64,000 nt of DNA from Candidatus Zixiibacteriota bacterium (GTDB taxonomy: Bacteria > Zixibacteria > MSB-5A5 > GN15 > FEB-12): positions 358,004 through 422,003 of the forward strand of contig DAOSXA010000001.1 of assembly GCA_035380245.1 (NCBI GenBank), given 5' to 3'. Below are positions 58,660-64,000 of the stretch, piece by piece (position 1 is the first letter of the stretch; the number at the start of each line of letters is the position of its first letter). The position numbers and the translations under genes are program-made. Below the pieces are notes generated by a model. The model was not told the DNA's origin. It saw nothing but the letters and a program-made list of their open reading frames with translations, and did not search any database.

Positions 58660-59634
58660 TCAACGACTTGACCAGTGATAGACGGTACCGCTCTCACCGA
58701 CTACGTAGGCAGTATGGTCCTTACTCATCCAGACTCCCCGAAAGTTGATTTCCAGATCATCCTCGGAAACGCTGGACCAGGTGCTGCCGTTGTAGAAAAC
58801 AGCCGCGCCGTTATCACCAACTGCCAGGGCTACAGTTCGATAGCGACCTGAAACTGCGCGTAAATCATGAATGGTCGGCGAGGTTTGACGGGACAGGGTG
58901 CGCCCATTGAAGTGAACGATCAGACCGTCAGTACCGACCGCGAACAGGTCGTTCCAGCAGTCTCCCCAAATGCTCTGGATATACCCGCCCGAAGCAACGC
59001 CGAGGAAGTCCCATTCGTCTCCGTCGTAATGCGCCAGACCGTGACCGCGTGCCACTGTCAGGAAGGTCTGCTTGAGGTCAAGACCGGGATGCACTAGCAC
59101 TTGCCCACCCCAGCCGGCAGCGAGGGTTGAAGAGTTGCTGCTCGGTATGAGTTGCCAGGCGCCATCGGTGTATTCCATGACGGTTCCCATATCTCCGGCC
59201 AGCATGAGGTGTCCTTCGTCGTCGCTCCAAATGGAACGAAGGGTGACAAAGCTGCTGACGCTCGTGTCGCTCCAGGAAACGCCATCGTAGTGCAGGATCG
59301 TGCCATTGGCGCCCACGGCAAAAATGTTGTTCGCCGAACCGACCCAGACGTCGTATAGATCCGTTTCGACCGGGACATCGACGATGTGCCACGCACCGTC
59401 GGAGTTGGTCAACACCGTCCCTTCCGCCCCCACTGCGTATATCAAGTCGTTCGAAGCACCATCGATGGCGTTAAGGTCGGCGCTGGTCAAAGAATCCATA
59501 AGCACCCAGCCTTCGGCATGGGAGCTTTCAGTGATTTGACATGAGGTAATAACTATCGAAGCACAAAGTATCGTTACTCCCAATACGATTAGTCGCAATG
59601 TGGACACACTGCTGATCCATCGGGTACTCGGCAA
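58660..59634 (-). CDS. Beta-propeller-repeat lipoprotein (Ycf48/BNR-like repeats)
   Basis: Lipobox VITSC. About seven repeats of the pattern AVGxxGT(I/V)xxYDGxxW. Confidence 0.75.
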   Translation of the reverse strand: MPSTRWISSVSTLRLIVLGVTILCASIVITSCQITESSHAEGWVLMDSLTSADLNAIDGASNDLIYAVGAEGTVLTNSDGAWHIVDVPVETDLYDVWVGSANNIFAVGANGTILHYDGVSWSDTSVSSFVTLRSIWSDDEGHLMLAGDMGTVMEYTDGAWQLIPSSNSSTLAAGWGGQVLVHPGLDLKQTFLTVARGHGLAHYDGDEWDFLGVASGGYIQSIWGDCWNDLFAVGTDGLIVHFNGRTLSRQTSPTIHDLRAVSGRYRTVALAVGDNGAAVFYNGSTWSSVSEDDLEINFRGVWMSKDHTAYVVGESGTVYHWSSR

Positions 59635-59734
59635 AGATTATTCTCCTGATTCCGGTAATCGATCCAACCAGAGCGTTCAGCTTATCCAATAAGTTATGCC
59701 TTGATAGTAGACGGCGCAATCTATATCATGCGGC

Positions 59735-60460
59735 ATGATACTCCGGCCAACGTTTGTGGGAATTGTATTATTACTTCTTGCACTGGCGCCTGCCACCGGT
59801 GCGATTGGACCACTCGGATTCAAGCTCGGGACCTCGCTGTCAAATTATCACGGTGACGGAACCGGCGACAATCCAGGTCTGCTGGCCGGTTTCGAGATCG
59901 GCGTCTCCGAGGAAAAGAAGTTGGCGGAAGGGGCATTTGGACAATTGGAGTTGCTCTTCGTCTCACACGGTGGAACCCGAGAGTACGACTATCTCGCACC
60001 CGAGGGTGCGATTCATTTCAAGGAATCGCTCAGGTTGTTCTCTCTGCAACTATCGGCCTCTCTTCGGCTCGGCTTTCCATCAGAACGTTTGGAGAAATAC
60101 AGCGCGCTTGTGGGGGCAGGTTTCTCAATCACTCCCTATGGTTATGCCGATGTTGACTGGTCCTGGCCTGAGAGTCCCTCAGATAAAACCGGCCAGACAT
60201 CGGGTCCGATAGATAATCTTGGCTGCTCCAGCCTCTTTGTCACCGGCGGACTTCAGCGTGATCTGCGCCTGTTCAACCGGGGTGCTTTCATTGAGTTGAG
60301 ATACACAGTTAACTTCGCGAGCGACTTCAACAACGACAACATCTCCCCTGGTCCAGGTACGTCGTACAACGGCTCCTGGTATGTACTCGACAGTCACAAT
60401 AACGATGCGGCCGATCTTACCGGCGGCCAGCTTACTCTATCAATCGGTTTCCGTCCGTAG
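59735..60460 (+). CDS. Putative outer-membrane beta-barrel protein
   Basis: Signal peptide, then alternating amphipathic strands with Gly/aromatic-rich turns. No family recognised. Confidence 0.6.
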   Translation: MILRPTFVGIVLLLLALAPATGAIGPLGFKLGTSLSNYHGDGTGDNPGLLAGFEIGVSEEKKLAEGAFGQLELLFVSHGGTREYDYLAPEGAIHFKESLRLFSLQLSASLRLGFPSERLEKYSALVGAGFSITPYGYADVDWSWPESPSDKTGQTSGPIDNLGCSSLFVTGGLQRDLRLFNRGAFIELRYTVNFASDFNNDNISPGPGTSYNGSWYVLDSHNNDAADLTGGQLTLSIGFRP

Positions 60461-60469
60461 GGTGTGATC

Positions 60470-61138
60470 ATGACTGGGAAAATAACTATTGCCGGTTCGA
60501 TCGCTTTATTGCTTGGGATTATCCTGATCGCGGGTTGCTCGGTCAAACGCGTGACGATTAGACCGGATCAAATCCCCGAGCACGCCGACAAGAAATTCGT
60601 CAGTCTGGTGCGCATGGCTGATCTCGTCGGCGCCGTGGTCGAAACCGACACAACCGGTGGGGCGCAGACCGCCTCGGAGGAAGAGTCGAACCTGGTGCTG
60701 GTAAAGTTCGATCAGGGCTCAGGCAAAATCGACCCGAACGACTGGTCGGTCGCCGGCCGGACCGGAGACTCCTCGTTCAGCCGACTAATGGAAAATATCC
60801 AATACCTTCAATTCCGTCAGATTAATCACGGCACTCGTTACATGTGGCCCGACTCACTCAAGATGTGTATGGTCGACACTACCTGTGACGAGGAAATGAT
60901 CGACCCCGGCGTCAATCCCTGCTGGGAGCGAGTGAAGTTCGGTCGTGGAGGTGGTCGTTATGACGCCTCGCGGGATTTACTGACAGGCGTATCGGATAAG
61001 GATAATCCGATAGAGATAGCTCCCTCGGATATCCGTATAGCGGAATACAGCTACTTCGATAAAATGGATGCTGCCCGTAAAGCTACCTTACTGGGAGCCC
61101 TGGGCATGTTGCTCCTCGGCTTCTCGCAGACGTTCTAA
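60470..61138 (+). CDS. Lipoprotein, unknown function
   Basis: MTGKITIAGSIALLLGIILIAGC lipobox. A GTG at 60464 is also possible. The C-terminal hydrophobic segment (TLLGALGMLLLGF) could be a second anchor. Confidence 0.65.
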   Translation: MTGKITIAGSIALLLGIILIAGCSVKRVTIRPDQIPEHADKKFVSLVRMADLVGAVVETDTTGGAQTASEEESNLVLVKFDQGSGKIDPNDWSVAGRTGDSSFSRLMENIQYLQFRQINHGTRYMWPDSLKMCMVDTTCDEEMIDPGVNPCWERVKFGRGGGRYDASRDLLTGVSDKDNPIEIAPSDIRIAEYSYFDKMDAARKATLLGALGMLLLGFSQTF

Positions 61139-61216
61139 TCGCGGCGAACGAATCAACCACGCCCCGGTGGCCAACCCGTCCACGGGTTGGATAAGAGATC
61201 ATAGCAACAACACAAT

Positions 61217-61274
61217 GGCATGTCTCGGAGAGACATGCCCTACTGCAGAGGCTGACGGGACGTCTACCGCCCAT
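61217..61274. repeat. Two-hairpin REP-like doublet; same composite as 20124-20176
   Basis: ggcatgtctc-gga-gagacatgcc (perfect 10-bp stem) + CTAC, then a degenerate gacgggacgtctaccgccca. An unrelated hairpin ccaacccg/cgggttgg lies at 61171-61190. Confidence 0.65.
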
Positions 61275-61354
61275 GTATCGTTAATATCACAACAAAACCG
61301 GGCTGCTCTGATCGAGCAACCCGGTCTTCGTATATCGACAATCTAAAATATCGA

Positions 61355-62284
61355 TCAGTTCTTGAAACGGCGCGGGTGACGGGCTTCCCATTCCACGACG
61401 ATCGGGCTGGCCACGAACACCGAGCTGTACGTACCGACGATAATCCCCAGGATTAGCGCCAGAGCAAACGTGCGGAGCACTTCACCGCCAAAGAAAAACA
61501 ACGTCCCGACCACAAGCAATGTAGTCAACGAGGTATTAATTGTCCGTGAAAGCACCTCGTTGATCGAGGCATTCACGGCAGCAGCGAACTGCCCCTTGGT
61601 GCGGAAGTGCTTCAGGTTTTCACGAATCCGGTCATACACAACCACCGTATCGGTGAGTGAATAACCGGCCAGGGTGAGCAAGGCGGTCACCAGCAACAGG
61701 TCGAACTCGACCCCCAACAGATAGGTTAATCCCAGTACCGCCAATACATCGTGGAAAGTTGCGATCGTTGCCGCAACTCCCGAACGGAAATCGAACCGGA
61801 TCCAGATGTAGACAATGATGCCGCACAGCGACAGGAGCACCGCCCACTGGGCATCCTTACGCAAAGTCTCACCGACGGCCGGACCGATAATATGTTCCGA
61901 TTCGACCGTGAACGGGTTGTCGGTAAAGGCGGCTGCGATATCATTGCGCAACTGAGCGGCTCTTTCCTTACCCTGAGCCTCGGACTCCGGCCGCTTGATT
62001 TTAATGATGAAGGCATTCTCTTTTTCGAAGCTCTTCAGTTCGGTAATCTTGGCATCCGGGAAATCCGAACTGAGAGCGGACCGGAGAGCATCAATTTGTA
62101 CCGGTTGATCGAAATAACCGTAGACCAGGTTACCGCCGGCGAAGTCAATCCCCAGGTTCCCTTTGCCGGAAGCGATCATAACAAAGGCGAAAACGCCTAT
62201 GGCAATCAGCGCCAAAGAAATCACAAAGGCGATCTTTCGGGCACCGATAAAGTCGATGTTGGTATCACCAATAATCCTAAACAT
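61355..62284 (-). CDS. secF: Protein translocase subunit SecF
   Basis: 309 aa with six TM helices. DFAGG, FHDVLAVLG and RTINTSLTT. Confidence 0.95.
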   Translation of the reverse strand: MFRIIGDTNIDFIGARKIAFVISLALIAIGVFAFVMIASGKGNLGIDFAGGNLVYGYFDQPVQIDALRSALSSDFPDAKITELKSFEKENAFIIKIKRPESEAQGKERAAQLRNDIAAAFTDNPFTVESEHIIGPAVGETLRKDAQWAVLLSLCGIIVYIWIRFDFRSGVAATIATFHDVLAVLGLTYLLGVEFDLLLVTALLTLAGYSLTDTVVVYDRIRENLKHFRTKGQFAAAVNASINEVLSRTINTSLTTLLVVGTLFFFGGEVLRTFALALILGIIVGTYSSVFVASPIVVEWEARHPRRFKN

Positions 62285-62302
62285 GGTTTTGGCACCCTTT
62301 CG

Positions 62303-64000
62303 TTAAATACTCAGCGTACGATAGCCTTTGCGAATGTCAAACACCTGCTTGGTAATGACAAACGCCGTGTACAGCGAAATAACAATACCCCAGAACAACG
62401 TCACCGCAAAACCCTTGATGGGTCCTGAGCCGAGCAGGAACAGGGCTCCGGCCGTAATCAGGGTAGTGACGTGGGAATCGAAAATCGCCACAAAGGCTCG
62501 ATCATAACCGGCATCGATTGAGGCTCGAACCGTCTTACCGGTTCGCAATTCCTCTCGGATACGCTCGAAAATAAGAATGTTCGAGTCGACCGACATACCG
62601 ATCGTCAAAATGATACCGGCGATACCGGGCATGGTCAACGTCGCTCCCAGGGCATCCAATACGGCCAGCAGGAAGAAGATGTTGAAAAGCAGACCGATAT
62701 CGGCAATAATCCCCGACAGGCGGTAATAAATGGCAATAAACAAAAGCACCAGGACCAGACCGAGCAATGACGAGTAAAATCCCTTCTTGATCGAATCTGC
62801 TCCGAGCGAAGCCCCCACGACGTTTTTCTCGATAATCTCCACCGGGGCCGGAAGAGCACCGGCCTTGAGTACGATCTCCATATTACGAGCGTCCTCAAAA
62901 GAGGCCGAGCTTCCCATGGTGATCTGTCCCCGCTGGCGGATCTTGCTGTTAATAATCGGGGCCGATTCGACGCGGTTGTCCAAAACAATCGCCAACGGCT
63001 TATCGATATTAGCGCCGGTCAACTGCGAGAAGCGAGCGGCTCCCTGTCCGGAGAGCTGGAAATTAACCACATGCGCACCCATGTTGTCGGTCGCAAGTGC
63101 GATATTTTCGAGGAACTTGCCCAGGAACTGAACCTTGCGCTTGAGCATGTACAGCATATAGACCTGCTTGCTGTTGCGCGTCTCGATACGAGTCGACCAG
63201 GCAAATTCAACATCGATCGGAATGAGCGATGCAACCGAAGGATCGTTCAGCCACTGATCGACCTTCTCTTTATCGTTCTTGGAAACGGCAAAGGCCGGCC
63301 AGTTGGTGTTGGTCCGACTCGAATAAAGCGCCCATTCCAGACGGGAGGTCAGCGGGAATTCGGTTTCGGCAGTCGAGGTATTCTCTTCGAAAGCAAACAG
63401 AGCAGCCGTATCGGAAACCGTATCTCCGAGCAGATCAGCCGCCAGATCGACTTCCTCGGTCACGGCTTCTTCACCCGCTTCGAGCCTGGCGCGTTCTTCA
63501 TCGCTCAATTTCGAGATTTCGAGCGCCGAGATGGCTGAATCCAACCGCTGCAGGAGCACTGAAGCATTATCCGGGGTTTCCATCAGCTTGAACTGAAGCA
63601 ACGCCGTCTGACCGATCAACTCCTCAGCGCGTTCGGCGTCAGTGTAGCCGGGTAAATCGACAATGATGCGTTCTCGACCTTGCTTAACGATGGTCGGCTC
63701 TGCCACACCCAAACCGTCAACACGGTTACGAATGATCTGCATGGCCCGGTCAACGGCATCGTCGCGCTGGGCATCATCGATCTCCTCCAGCTTAACACGC
63801 AATACCACGTGAATACCACCCTGGAGATCGAGACCCAGGCGGATAGCTTTTTGCTGCAGCGCAAGCAACTCACCAGGCTCATCGGTGGCCATCTTGGCTT
63901 TTGCGGTGTCGTCCATCGACCACAACCGGAAGGTATCCCACAGGGCAAACAGGGATCCTAAGATCAGGATTATGGTCAGGCCGACACGCCAGTTTTTCAT
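62303..64000 (-). CDS. secD: Protein translocase subunit SecD (complete; start codon is the last three bases of the window)
   Basis: 565 aa ([15 protein letters not shown]...) with [13 protein letters not shown], a periplasmic domain and a C-terminal 5-TM block ([28 protein letters not shown]). The upstream RBS and promoter are outside the window. Confidence 0.95.
   Translation of the reverse strand: [565 protein letters not shown]

Overview
All calls were made by eye from the sequence and the ORF track. No searches were run, and hairpin and repeat coordinates were hand-counted. The window looks like a moderate-GC, uncultivated Gram-negative bacterium. It carries T9SS-like C-terminal domains, dockerin-like repeats and a PEP-CTERM tail, which suggests an FCB-type candidate phylum, but taxonomy cannot be assigned from this alone.

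Backbone genes: DUF721-gyrB, rpsF-rpsR-DUF2232-rplI, pth, recA, dnaE, coaX and secDF.

The most unusual part is the left 16 kb:
- A TetR gene and a decahaem MtrA/DmsE-like cytochrome, each preceded by the same GTTAGT-N4-ACTAAC palindrome. A signal-peptide gene follows and runs off the edge.
- Two tandem paralogous secreted proteins of unknown function, each 864 aa, with T9SS-like C-terminal domains.
- A secreted PPAD-like arginine deiminase next to a gingipain-like C25 protease. Both end in the same uncharacterised module plus tandem dockerin repeats. I rate this pair as the best candidate for an undescribed extracellular system.

Other points of interest:
- A family of GTRG-headed hairpin repeats (REP-like) at four intergenic loci, including a dense ~360-bp array.
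- A cytochrome-bd-like membrane protein fused to two c-type haem domains, with a paralogous membrane partner.
- Three unknown genes translationally chained to a ribosomal-protein operon.
- An ECF sigma / CopA / two-component cluster with no anti-sigma gene.
- A 1279-aa multi-PAS kinase.
- An ORF-poor, AT-richer 0.9-kb stretch.

I found no tRNA, rRNA, CRISPR array, transposase or integrase.
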